IMG/VR virus record: IMGVR_UViG_3300045988_164340
Span: 96,001-160,000 of that record
Strand: one strand, 5' to 3'
DNA length: 64,000 nt
From: a virus
Positions 27,783-36,995 of the stretch are shown piece by piece (within the stretch, counting starts at the first letter, position 1; the number at the start of each line of letters is the position of its first letter). The translations under genes and the position numbers were made by a program. Under the pieces are notes generated by a model that was not told the origin of the DNA, searched no databases, and saw nothing but the letters and a program-made list of their open reading frames with translations.

Positions 27783-27811
27783 TTGACCTTTACTTTGTAA
27801 TTTGCTATACT
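27783..27811 (+). promoter_or_regulatory. sigma70-type promoter
   Basis: AAATACTTGACC, 17 nt, TATACT. Confidence 0.65.
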
Positions 27812-27851
27812 GTAAGTACAAAAAGAAAGGAAAGGAAACTGGTGAAGCAAT

Positions 27852-28247
27852 ATGTGCAAAATTTGCCCTCAGTGCGGTGCTATCGCTGAATTTAATGCTT
27901 ACTATGGTCGAGTAACATGTACTCGATGCAACTGGGAAAGTGAAGAAAGCAAATTAACTGTACAGTCTAAATCTGTGACTCATTACGTTATTAAGTTTGT
28001 TTGGAAGGATTTTAATAACTTCATTCAGACCACTTATGCTGGTTATGATTATAATATGACTCATTATAATTGGGGACCTACTCCTTCTTGTGACTTCAAT
28101 GAAGCTGAAAAATTTGACAATATTGAAGCTGCTAAGAATTTCTATAAAAAGTATAATAGTTACTTCAAATTTATCACTGAGAGGGAAAATTCTTCCACTT
28201 ATATTTCCAAAATCGTCATTAACACCGAAGACGTAGAGAAGATTTAA
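27852..28247 (+). CDS. zinc-ribbon protein (YAG...AKxF paralog family)
   Basis: CPQCG...CTRC; TTYAGYDY...EAEKFDNIEAAKNF. Confidence 0.6.
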   Translation: MCKICPQCGAIAEFNAYYGRVTCTRCNWESEESKLTVQSKSVTHYVIKFVWKDFNNFIQTTYAGYDYNMTHYNWGPTPSCDFNEAEKFDNIEAAKNFYKKYNSYFKFITERENSSTYISKIVINTEDVEKI

Positions 28248-28258
28248 AGGAGATTAAA

Positions 28259-28579
28259 ATGAAGAATCAGTTTATCATTGAGTTTACTTATTATGAAAAA
28301 GGTAAAATTCGTACCACTTATGCTGGCTATATCCTTTCTCTTCCTTTTCCTTTCCGTTCTTTCGACCAAGCAAAAAGATTTAAAACTATTGATGATGCAA
28401 GAGAATGGCTTGCAAATATCTTAAAAGACATTAACAACAATCCTGATTTTGCTTTTCCAAGAAGAAAGATAGAATCTGTTCAGTTCCTTTGTATTCAGGT
28501 CTTTGCTGCGGAAGATATTACCGAAAAATATATTTCTAATTCTGAGCGTTTTCTTGAAAAAAATTATCAGCTTAGATAA
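28259..28579 (+). CDS. hypothetical protein (same paralog family)
   Basis: RTTYAGYIL...FDQAKRFKTIDDAREW. Confidence 0.6.
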   Translation: MKNQFIIEFTYYEKGKIRTTYAGYILSLPFPFRSFDQAKRFKTIDDAREWLANILKDINNNPDFAFPRRKIESVQFLCIQVFAAEDITEKYISNSERFLEKNYQLR

Positions 28580-28611
28580 TAAACATTAACAATTATAAAG
28601 AGGGTACTACA

Positions 28612-28836
28612 ATGATTGAAGAGTATGGTTATGAGGAATATTTGAGAAACGCTAAAAACAATCCTACTAAGGAGAACCTTTCTAAGCTCGCTAATTGGTT
28701 TAATTTCTTTGGCGTTGAATATTGGAATGGAGAAGGCTTTGTCATTGATAATAACCATCTTCTTAAACCAATTTTTGACATTAATTCCAAAGAAGAATAT
28801 AATTGCCTTCTTATTATTGGTTGGGAAATTGTTTAA
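28612..28836 (+). CDS. hypothetical protein
   Basis: AGAGGG SD. Confidence 0.55.
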   Translation: MIEEYGYEEYLRNAKNNPTKENLSKLANWFNFFGVEYWNGEGFVIDNNHLLKPIFDINSKEEYNCLLIIGWEIV

Positions 28837-28854
28837 TCTAAAGGAGCTAAAACA

Positions 28855-29148
28855 ATGAAAACTAATTATTATATTGGCGTTCCTGTTAAAAATGATAAAA
28901 AAAGATGCTACTTCCTTTGCAGTAATGATTGCTTTATTACAGAATACTTCTTTGAATCTGATAAATTCCATGCGCTCTCTTTTTCTGATGAGAAGTCCGC
29001 TCGTGAGTGGATTGAAGAATATTATCCCTTCCCTAATAATAGAGAAATCAATATTGTTTGGGACGATTTGTCTACAGAAGAAAAAGAAAACTTCGATTGG
29101 GCTACTTTCTGTATCCTAAAGGAAACTTGGGAAGTAATTGAACCTTAA
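28855..29148 (+). CDS. hypothetical protein
   Basis: AAAGGAG SD. Confidence 0.6.
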   Translation: MKTNYYIGVPVKNDKKRCYFLCSNDCFITEYFFESDKFHALSFSDEKSAREWIEEYYPFPNNREINIVWDDLSTEEKENFDWATFCILKETWEVIEP

Positions 29149-29175
29149 CTGCAAATTATTTTTATAACTTGTTTT

Positions 29176-29218
29176 AAACTTGTTTATCTCATATCGGATA
29201 AACAAGTTTATTTTTTTA
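29176..29218 (+). terminator. intrinsic terminator
   Basis: aaacttgtttatc / gataaacaagttt 13-bp stem then T-run. Confidence 0.8.
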
Positions 29219-29231
29219 TTTTAAATTGTAC

Positions 29232-29260
29232 TTGACAGCTTGACTTTTATATGTTATACT
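29232..29260 (+). promoter_or_regulatory. sigma70-type promoter
   Basis: TTGACA, 17 nt, TATACT. Confidence 0.7.
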
Positions 29261-29328
29261 ATATATGGATTAATAGAATTCGCCATATTGTGCAACTATT
29301 AATACTACTTATGTAAAGGAGATAATTT

Positions 29329-30756
29329 ATGGCTGATTAGAAATAGAGCCTTTATCTTAGAGTTTAGGAAAAATTATCTAATGTTTCTACTGTTAATAGT
29401 TATAAAGAACTTTGTAAATTACTGGACGAACCTGATTATTCTCGTCCTTCAAAAGCTGCTCAACTTAAAAGACAAGAAAAAGAATGGAAGAAATGTTTTA
29501 CATGGAGAAGAAAAAAAGAAAAATATACTTCAATAAAAATAGTTTCTCCTGATGAATATTATTTGGCTATTTTAAAACAGCTTTATCAAAATAGCTCTAT
29601 TTGGGCTTTCTTTTCTTTTTTGAATGTTTATAGTCAATATACTAATAACGCAAGACTTTGTGTTTCTAAAGGAGATATTGCTTTAGCCGTTGGTTTACAA
29701 AATGAAAACTATAAAAATTTTCATGTTTCTTCTTATAGTTACGGTAGAAGATTAGAAGAATATACTTTAGGTTTAAAAGATTCTAAATATCCTTTTGTTA
29801 CTACTCCTAAAAAAGAAATTAGAGAACAAAGAAAAAAAGATGATGAATCTGCTTACGGTTTAACTAAACGTACACAAAATTTACTCGATGATTATGATTC
29901 TCATACTTCTAAGCAAAATTATTATCAAGTTGAATCTATGTTAAACAAACTTGAAGAAGAAGGCGCTATTCTTCTTCATAAAACCTTTGTGGGAGGATTT
30001 ATTGATAAAAAAGCACTTCCTTTTGATGCAGATTATTTAACTATATATGAAGAAAATGGTAATTTTTATTTACCTGTTAAAAATGGAGAACCTTTATTAG
30101 TTACTTATTATGAAAGAGCTTTAACAGATGAAGAATTGGCTAACTTCCTTAACTTGCGTGGTTCTATAATGGTTGATTTAAAATGTCATGGATTATCAGA
30201 AGTTTTCATTTCTGGTCAACAAGATGATTTTAATAAGAAACTTTCTAAATCTTAGTTAATAGAATTTGGTGCTTTATTTATTTACCCTTCTTATTTAATA
30301 AATTATTCTTCTGACCTTGTAGCATTAAATCAATCTTATTATAAAACTCTTATGGCTAATTTTTATAATGAATAGCTACTCAAGAAAAATTTAACAGCTA
30401 ATAATAAAGAAACACAACAAAAAATACTTAAACTAAAAACTGAAAGATAGTCTAAAGAAAAAGGCAAGTGCCGAAATACTTTTACTAAGCATGACGGAAC
30501 TGTTGTATTTTCTGATAAAAAAGAAGAAGAAGCAGTACAGCTTTCGCAATATTATGAAGCTTTCTTATACGAAAAGCTAAATAAAGACCTTATTCAACTT
30601 AATTTAGATAAACTTATACCTCAAAATCTTGAATCTCTTTCTTCTAATTCTACAGAAAAAAGCTCTACTTGGGAAAGCTTGTTTAATAAATCTTGGACTA
30701 AAATTAAAAATACTGAAAATTATTAGAAAAATTAGATTATGGTTCCAGACACATAA
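29329..30756 (+). CDS. 475-residue hypothetical protein containing eight in-frame TAG codons
   Basis: AAAGGAG SD and ATG 29329; TAG at 29338, 29344, 29365, 30253, 30373, 30448, 30724, 30733; no TAA or TGA in frame until TAA 30754; absorbs track ORF 29563-30255. Confidence 0.65.
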
Positions 30757-30812
30757 CTCGTGAGCCTCTTTAATTGTCATTTTTCCCTTGTTTTTCCTAT
30801 ATTTAATTTTCT

Positions 30813-30889
30813 AAAAGTGTCCTGACTTTCGTAAGTATAATAACTATTTATAATAATAGAGAAAGTCAAGACACTTTTAAAATTTTTTT
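30813..30889 (+). terminator. long-stem terminator
   Basis: aaaagtgtcctgactttc / gaaagtcaagacactttt (17 of 18 bp) then aaaattttttt. Confidence 0.6.
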
Positions 30890-30940
30890 AGTAGATAAAA
30901 TAAGGCTTTAATGAACTTTTTAAAGGCTCAAGAGTTTTTA

Positions 30941-31190
30941 CTTCGGCACCGTTATTTTAAAAACCACACGACAGAAAATGAAAGAAAGGTTAGAGTTTGT
31001 TGAAGTGAGCCTTGCGAACGATTACAAACTCTTACTCCTTTCTTCATTTGGCAGTCGTAACCGCGAGAGGATGTTTGCATTATGAAAGAGAGAGCATTAG
31101 CGACGAATGGAGCGTAATGCGACCATCTTTCATAATGATACAAACACCGCATCACGGTGGATTATCGGCGAAGCACCTTTGTAATTATAA
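30941..31190. ncRNA. candidate structured RNA, about 250 nt, strand and class unknown
   Basis: G+C-richer island without SD-led ORF; stems gagtttgt 30993 / acaaactc 31024; cattatgaaaga 31078 / tctttcataatg 31126; tgaaagaaagg / cctttcttca enclosing stem. Confidence 0.4.
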
Positions 31191-31255
31191 ATAGTTACTC
31201 AGAAGTACCATTGTATACTTTTCTTAGTTTTTATTATCTTTTTCTTATTAAACTA

Positions 31256-31284
31256 TTGACTTTTTGCTCTATATCTGTTATTAT
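31256..31284 (+). promoter_or_regulatory. sigma70-type promoter
   Basis: TTGACT, 17 nt, TATTAT. Confidence 0.6.
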
Positions 31285-31422
31285 ATCTATGCTGAGAAAG
31301 ATAATTGATAAAATATAAATATCTATCTTTCGTAACACCAAAATTCTGGAAGTTCTTATGTGAAGTGGAGTGCTTGCACGAACACTGAACTTAGAACTTC
31401 CCCTGTGAATGGAGTTTGTATT

Positions 31423-31575
31423 ATGAAAAATATTAAGTTGAATTCTTCTCTACAATATAAAAATAAGAAATATAAAATTAAATTTATTAGACAATTAAGA
31501 TATAATATGCTTGTAGATGTTACTGCATTTTATGGTTATAAAGCTAATCTAAATACTCTTTTAAAGGAAGTGTAA
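31423..31575 (+). CDS. small protein, paralog of the N-terminus of the next gene
   Basis: ATG 31423 after GGAG; MKNIKLNSSLQYKNKKYKIKF versus MKSMKLNTSAKYKNNKFQIKY. Confidence 0.55.
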   Translation: MKNIKLNSSLQYKNKKYKIKFIRQLRYNMLVDVTAFYGYKANLNTLLKEV

Positions 31576-31579
31576 TATT

Positions 31580-31897
31580 ATGAAGTCTATGAAGCTTAAT
31601 ACCTCTGCTAAATATAAAAACAATAAGTTCCAGATTAAGTATCTTAAATATGAGAGATATAATATGGTCTTATTTGCCACTTACTCTACAGGATATAATA
31701 ACGATAATGTTTTTTTACATAGATACGAGCCTTTTATCTATTTTAATAGAACTTCAAGAACTCTTCATTATGTAAGTGATATTGACTATATTACTTACTA
31801 TGGTGCTGATATTAATATTAGACCTCTTATGATTCGCTTTGGTATTAATGCTTGGAGATATCTTACTCAGGAATATAATGAGAATAATCATGAGTAA
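31580..31897 (+). CDS. hypothetical protein
   Basis: AAAGGAAG SD. Confidence 0.6.
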   Translation: MKSMKLNTSAKYKNNKFQIKYLKYERYNMVLFATYSTGYNNDNVFLHRYEPFIYFNRTSRTLHYVSDIDYITYYGADINIRPLMIRFGINAWRYLTQEYNENNHE

Positions 31898-31946
31898 TGC
31901 TCACGCAACAATAATGTGCTTGATTAAAAATAAAGGAAGTGTAATT

Positions 31947-32045
31947 ATGGGTTCTATTCTTACTCATACGTTTGGTACTTATACTGTATTTCGTACTATT
32001 CATTCTATCTATGAAAATACTAATGAAGTCGCTCCCTTTGTCTAA
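31947..32045 (+). CDS. possible 32-aa peptide
   Basis: Same aaaggaagtgtaatt SD context as 31580. Confidence 0.3.
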   Translation: MGSILTHTFGTYTVFRTIHSIYENTNEVAPFV

Positions 32046-32239
32046 GTTTACTTCTCTTATTCAAGTTTGCAGTGATGGATTTTTTCTTGATAGTACTTAT
32101 GCTGTTATCTCTTGCCTATATACTTTGTGTAATGGCTTGAGTGTTCCTTTGGTTACTGAGAGCGGGTTTAAGTTGGAAAAGTTTACTATTTCCTAATTGG
32201 TATTAAAAATTTTTTAGAATTATTTAAGGGGATACTTTT

Positions 32240-32926
32240 ATGAAGTGGTTTGTTGATGGATATATTCTCAATGTTCATTTTGTCTATGATGCATTATCTG
32301 ATACTCTTACATTTGATGGACAGAGTAATAGTATTGGTTTAACTGGTGATAAAAGCCATGCGTGTGATGTTGTAAAAGAAAAAATTTATTGTGGTACTGA
32401 ATATGTGCGTGATGTTAAAATTAGTAATGCTGAAATTGTAAAGGATAATTGTGAGCATTACCCACGCAATGATTATTTTACTTTTAACTTTTCTAAAACT
32501 GTCACGATTATTAAGGCTATACAGATTAAGAACTTTACAAGTACTTTATATAATAGATGGCAGAAATTTGAGAAAATTAAGCCCAATGAAAATCCTATCA
32601 ATGAATCTTGGACTGATTATTATGATTATTATACTTGGTACATTTCTTTAGTAGCTACCTTTAGTAATTTCCTTATGCAGAATTATATTAAGGTTCAAGG
32701 TAAAAAGCCTTATAAAGAACTTGAATCTGATATTAATGCTTGGTTTGATTATATTAAGCGAAAGTATAAAGGTGAGACTAAAGTTAAAACTTTTGATAAT
32801 ATTATGAATATTGAAGATTTCTTTAGAGCTTTGATGTTCTTCTGCTCTGATTTTAAAATTTTTGGCTACATTGATGGCGGTTGGAATGAAGAGTTAAAGT
32901 TCGTTGACAGAGGTTTAATGTTGTGA
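32240..32926 (+). CDS. hypothetical protein
   Basis: AAGGGG SD. Confidence 0.6.
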   Translation: MKWFVDGYILNVHFVYDALSDTLTFDGQSNSIGLTGDKSHACDVVKEKIYCGTEYVRDVKISNAEIVKDNCEHYPRNDYFTFNFSKTVTIIKAIQIKNFTSTLYNRWQKFEKIKPNENPINESWTDYYDYYTWYISLVATFSNFLMQNYIKVQGKKPYKELESDINAWFDYIKRKYKGETKVKTFDNIMNIEDFFRALMFFCSDFKIFGYIDGGWNEELKFVDRGLML

Positions 32927-33024
32927 AAGAAGATACTTTATTTAAAATTGTTTGTTTAATGGTAAGTTTTTTCTTTTTGGGTATGTATGGATATGCTTAC
33001 TGGTATATATTTTTAATGAGGTAA
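32923..33024 (+). CDS. 33-aa hydrophobic peptide
   Basis: GTG overlapping upstream TGA; MKEDTLFKIVCLMVSFFFLGMYGYAYWYIFLMR. Confidence 0.35.
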   Translation: MKEDTLFKIVCLMVSFFFLGMYGYAYWYIFLMR

Positions 33025-33028
33025 AATT

Positions 33029-33091
33029 ATGGTTGTTATTAGTATTATTTTTTGTTGTGTATTAGCTTTGGCTATTGCGGCTGGAATGTGA
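33029..33091 (+). CDS. 20-aa hydrophobic peptide
   Basis: GAGG SD; MVVISIIFCCVLALAIAAGM. Confidence 0.35.
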   Translation: MVVISIIFCCVLALAIAAGM

Positions 33092-33104
33092 AAGGTAATT
33101 GCAA

Positions 33105-33167
33105 ATGAATTATGATATTGCGCTTGCTATGGCGTTATTTGCTGTGGCTATTTTGTTGTTTTTGTAA
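33105..33167 (+). CDS. 20-aa hydrophobic peptide
   Basis: AAAGG SD; MNYDIALAMALFAVAILLFL. Confidence 0.35.
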   Translation: MNYDIALAMALFAVAILLFL

Positions 33168-33218
33168 TTGTTGATATTTGTTTGTTATGTAAAATGTAAA
33201 ACAGGAGAATAATAGATT

Positions 33219-33419
33219 ATGATATATAATAATGATTTACTTAAAACCAAAGTTGTTCCTATTGACACAGAAAATAGAAAGAAGTTTATTCTCCCTTCAC
33301 GTTATAGTAAAGTTACTGATAGCGCTTCTTTTTTAGAAGCTTTGTCAAACTGTGAACATAATAATGAAAAGGAAAATTTTATTATTATTGATAGTATTGA
33401 TTTTCCTGTGAAAAGGTAA
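33219..33419 (+). CDS. hypothetical protein
   Basis: CAGGAG SD. Confidence 0.55.
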   Translation: MIYNNDLLKTKVVPIDTENRKKFILPSRYSKVTDSASFLEALSNCEHNNEKENFIIIDSIDFPVKR

Positions 33420-33437
33420 AGTGGAGTGAAATTATAA

Positions 33438-33935
33438 ATGGATAAATTGGAATACCTTAAGCATAAGAAAGAGCAATTTGAGAAAAATCTTGCAAGTGCT
33501 TTTGATGAAAATAATTTACATGTAGTTATTTTTACTGATAATCAGCAGTCTTCTTGTTATGGGCATCATGAGTACTGTGATATGTATGGTGGTTGTGATA
33601 ACACTTGGAGAGATAACATTAGAAATTTATTGACAGGAAAACTTAAATATTATAAGATGACTGTTAATAAGTGGATTACTTATAAATGTGATTGTGGTTG
33701 TAATACTTTTTATATTTATAAGGATTGGTTTGTGTGTTCTGAATGTTTTTCTGAACATATTATGAATGACTTTGTTATTACTTATAAAACTAAAGAAGAT
33801 GTTGAAAAAGTAACTATGCCGATGACTGGAACAGTTGGAATGAATACATGGCATAGATTTGGTTTAATTAGTAAATATGAGTTTGATGAATTTATGAAGG
33901 ATTGTACTAACCCTGAACAGGTTGTGTACTGGTAA
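33438..33935 (+). CDS. Cys-rich protein, paralog A
   Basis: MDKLEYLKHKKEQFEKN; CDCGC...CSEC. Confidence 0.6.
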   Translation: MDKLEYLKHKKEQFEKNLASAFDENNLHVVIFTDNQQSSCYGHHEYCDMYGGCDNTWRDNIRNLLTGKLKYYKMTVNKWITYKCDCGCNTFYIYKDWFVCSECFSEHIMNDFVITYKTKEDVEKVTMPMTGTVGMNTWHRFGLISKYEFDEFMKDCTNPEQVVYW

Positions 33936-33994
33936 ATAAATTTATCAGAAATATACTATCAAATAAATTTACTAGAACAGAAGGTTTACTGGTA

Positions 33995-34573
33995 ATGGAT
34001 AAGATTACTTATTTAAGAAAAGCTAAAGAGAAAATTAACAAAGAGTATTTAGAAAAATTGCATGGAATAGATGAGATATTTAAGAGTGAAAATGTTCAGA
34101 TTGCAATTTATGTCGGGAAGAATATTATTTGTAGTAATCTTTATCATGCTATTAAAAATGACGGGACTGTTTCTTTTGAAATTAATGAATTGAAGAGTTT
34201 ATTGAGAGGTAAACTTATTCATACTTCTGATTGGTTTGTTAGTAGATGTCCTAAGTGTGGATGCTATTTATATTATCCATGTGCAAGTACAAGTAAAGGT
34301 TATCCTGAGTATAATAAACATGGCTTTGGTGGTATATGTGCTAATTGCTTTGAGGAAAGATTGATTGAGAATACTAAGGCTATTAATTTTCCTACTGAAA
34401 AGTCTGGTCAGCTTGTGAACTATAAATATTATATTAAAGCTGGTACTATGAATAGAAATGAACTTGAACAGTTTATGAAAGAACTTGGGAATAAAAAGTA
34501 TTGCAATGGCACTTTAATGAGTATTGATAAGGATTTGAATATGTTAGAATTGGGAGCAATGCTCCCGCATTGA
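33995..34573 (+). CDS. Cys-rich protein, paralog B
   Basis: MDKITYLRKAKEKINKE; CPKCGC...CANC. Confidence 0.6.
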   Translation: MDKITYLRKAKEKINKEYLEKLHGIDEIFKSENVQIAIYVGKNIICSNLYHAIKNDGTVSFEINELKSLLRGKLIHTSDWFVSRCPKCGCYLYYPCASTSKGYPEYNKHGFGGICANCFEERLIENTKAINFPTEKSGQLVNYKYYIKAGTMNRNELEQFMKELGNKKYCNGTLMSIDKDLNMLELGAMLPH

Positions 34574-35334
34574 AATTATGTGATACTATTGATAGTGTGG
34601 AATGAAAAGTTTGAGTACTGATTTGTGTTTAGGGTAAAGAATATATGGAGAAAAACGTAGAAAAGTACATTTTGGACAGGGTGTGCAGATATTGGACAGT
34701 TGTGTAAAGTTTTTGGGGTGAAATGATATTAAGGCTTAAATTGTATGGGGAAAATTGAGAATATATCGGTAGTCGATATAGGATAGATATAGCTAATAAG
34801 ATTCTTGTGAAAGTTTGAATAAAGCACAAGAAAGTTGTAAAGTTTGAGAGGGAATTATTGTTTAATTATGATTTTAAATAGGAAAAAACATAAGTGATAT
34901 CACTTTGAAATCATTGTGAGGTTGTTGATAACTTTAAAGAATTTATTAGCGAGATTATTAGTGAGATTAAAAGATATTGAAAAACTTATTAAGAATTATG
35001 ATTGATAAAGATGGAATAGTTTGAAAGATGACCTTGATTTGAGCCTTGAATGATATGGGAAAAATTGAGGTGTCTTGACACCTAACTTGACAGGTGTATA
35101 GTAAATTGTCTTGTCAGCCTTGACGTTTCGAAGGCCAATTTTGCCCATTTTCCCATTCTGGTGCTCCTTTAGGTAAGGAGAGGTAGGCACAAACACAATC
35201 TTTTTTTAAAAAATTTACAAAAAATTCATAATTTGTTCACAATTTAAACAAACCACCTCAAAATGTTCAAAAATTCACATTTCCTCCCTCATGCCCAAAA
35301 AGTAACAATCTGTAACCAAAATCTCATTAACTTC

Positions 35335-35363
35335 TTGACAACACCTCCTTCCTATGTTATAAT
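35335..35363 (+). promoter_or_regulatory. sigma70-type promoter
   Basis: TTGACA, 17 nt, TATAAT; about 125-nt leader before ATG 35497. Confidence 0.7.
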
Positions 35364-35496
35364 ACTCTCATGGTTGTATAAAGTAGGTAATAAACATTAT
35401 TGCCAACGACCTAAGCGTTAAGGGTGAGTAATCTATTAAGAATCCGTATCTTAATATAAGTTATTCATCATATAGACTTAAGGAAGGAAACGATAA

Positions 35497-36477
35497 ATGA
35501 AAAACAAGAAATATACAATTAAATATAGCAACACAAACATAAACACAAACACACCCACACATGAAGTACAACTCGCAAATACACATCCTCTAATTAAGAC
35601 AAGTATTCGTAAAGCGATTGCAACTTGTCTCACATTCAGTTTAGTGGTAAGTGTAGTAGGGTATGCTCAAGCCTTAAATAAAACAGGCGAAGATAACTTT
35701 TCTAAAGATAATGCTTCAACTTTGAGTGAAACTGAAATCTCATCTCCTCATTATATCGCCATTAAGAACTTTCAAACACACAAAGAAAATTATTGGGACA
35801 CAAACAATATTGGAAATATTAGTCTTGATAGAATTTTTTATGTGGACATGAGTAAAATGGTTGAGAACAATGCTGAAAATAATGATGAGCCTGTTTATAT
35901 TTTTTCAGACATGAGCGTACAGTATTCTGGAAATCAAACTTCTGGAAACCAAACTTCTAAACCTGAGCACACAGAACCTAAAACCTCAACTTATCGCTAC
36001 GCATATTTAATTCATCTGACTGATTCTGAACGTCATGTAGTAGAAAGCATTGTAGCTGGCGAGAGTGGTAATCAGCCCTTTGATGGTAAAAAGCTCGTCG
36101 GACAAGCCGTTTACAATGCGATGCTGAGAGACAATATGTCCCCCTCACAAGTAAGAAAGCAATACTCCTATGATGGATATAAGGACATTGATGAATTTGA
36201 AAAAGAATGTCTTAAAGCCTATGGCAACACAAATGCTGCTGATGAATGTAGACAAGCAGTAAAAGAGATATTCGATAATTATAGTATGCCTACAGATGAT
36301 TTTGTATTATTCTTCTATGCTCCTGCACATAGTAAAGGCACATGGCATGAGAATGCTAAGACTTTAAAGCCTATTACTTATGTAAATGAAGATGGAAGTA
36401 CTACTAATTATATTGGTGGTCATAAATTCTTTGCTTTGAAGAATGAACCTGTAATCAATTATACCAGAGAAGGTTAA
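35497..36477 (+). CDS. SleB/CwlJ-like cell-wall hydrolase with N-terminal membrane anchor
   Basis: TM segment CLTFSLVVSVVGY; SERHVVESIVAGESGNQPFDGKKLVGQAVYNAMLRD resembles the Hydrolase_2 core. Confidence 0.55.
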   Translation: MKNKKYTIKYSNTNINTNTPTHEVQLANTHPLIKTSIRKAIATCLTFSLVVSVVGYAQALNKTGEDNFSKDNASTLSETEISSPHYIAIKNFQTHKENYWDTNNIGNISLDRIFYVDMSKMVENNAENNDEPVYIFSDMSVQYSGNQTSGNQTSKPEHTEPKTSTYRYAYLIHLTDSERHVVESIVAGESGNQPFDGKKLVGQAVYNAMLRDNMSPSQVRKQYSYDGYKDIDEFEKECLKAYGNTNAADECRQAVKEIFDNYSMPTDDFVLFFYAPAHSKGTWHENAKTLKPITYVNEDGSTTNYIGGHKFFALKNEPVINYTREG

Positions 36478-36924
36478 CAGATTTTAATAAAGCCAAAGAT
36501 TTATAATAATATAATTTATTTGTAAGCAAGCTTAGGACTTGAGTACGGTCTGAATATAGTTTGAATATAATTTAATTCTAAAATATGGCGAACTTAATTT
36601 AGACTGAAAAGTAATAATAATTATAATTAAATTAAAAGAAAAAGAAATAAAAAGTAAAATAAATAAAAAAACAAATAAAAAATAAATAGTCAAAAAACTA
36701 TTAATAATTTAATTATAATACATTACAAATACAAAAGTACAAAGCTACTAAAAATTAGTAGTATACTTTTACCCAAATGATGATGCAACAAAAAACAGAA
36801 CGAAATTTATAAGTAATTAATATATAATTAATCCATAATTTTGTTTAGTTGTATATCTATTGCTCAAGTATGCTTTATACAGCCTAATAATGTCTGTAGT
36901 AAGTCAAGAAAAGTTATTAAACTC

Positions 36925-36953
36925 TTGACAAGCTACAGGCATTTTGTTATAAT
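36925..36953 (+). promoter_or_regulatory. sigma70-type promoter
   Basis: TTGACA, 17 nt, TATAAT. Confidence 0.7.
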
Positions 36954-36995
36954 AATTAATATAAAGAATGTGAAATGTAAAGAGAGGTGCATGTG

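Noticed and set aside
30952-31194. Track ORFs 30952-31155 (-) and 31012-31194 (+)
   Set aside because: They overlap each other on opposite strands inside a helix-rich island, and neither has an SD.
34996-35196. Track ORF (66 aa, minus strand) in the candidate origin region
   Set aside because: It has no SD, is isolated on the wrong strand, and spans the TTGACA-box cluster and the palindrome.
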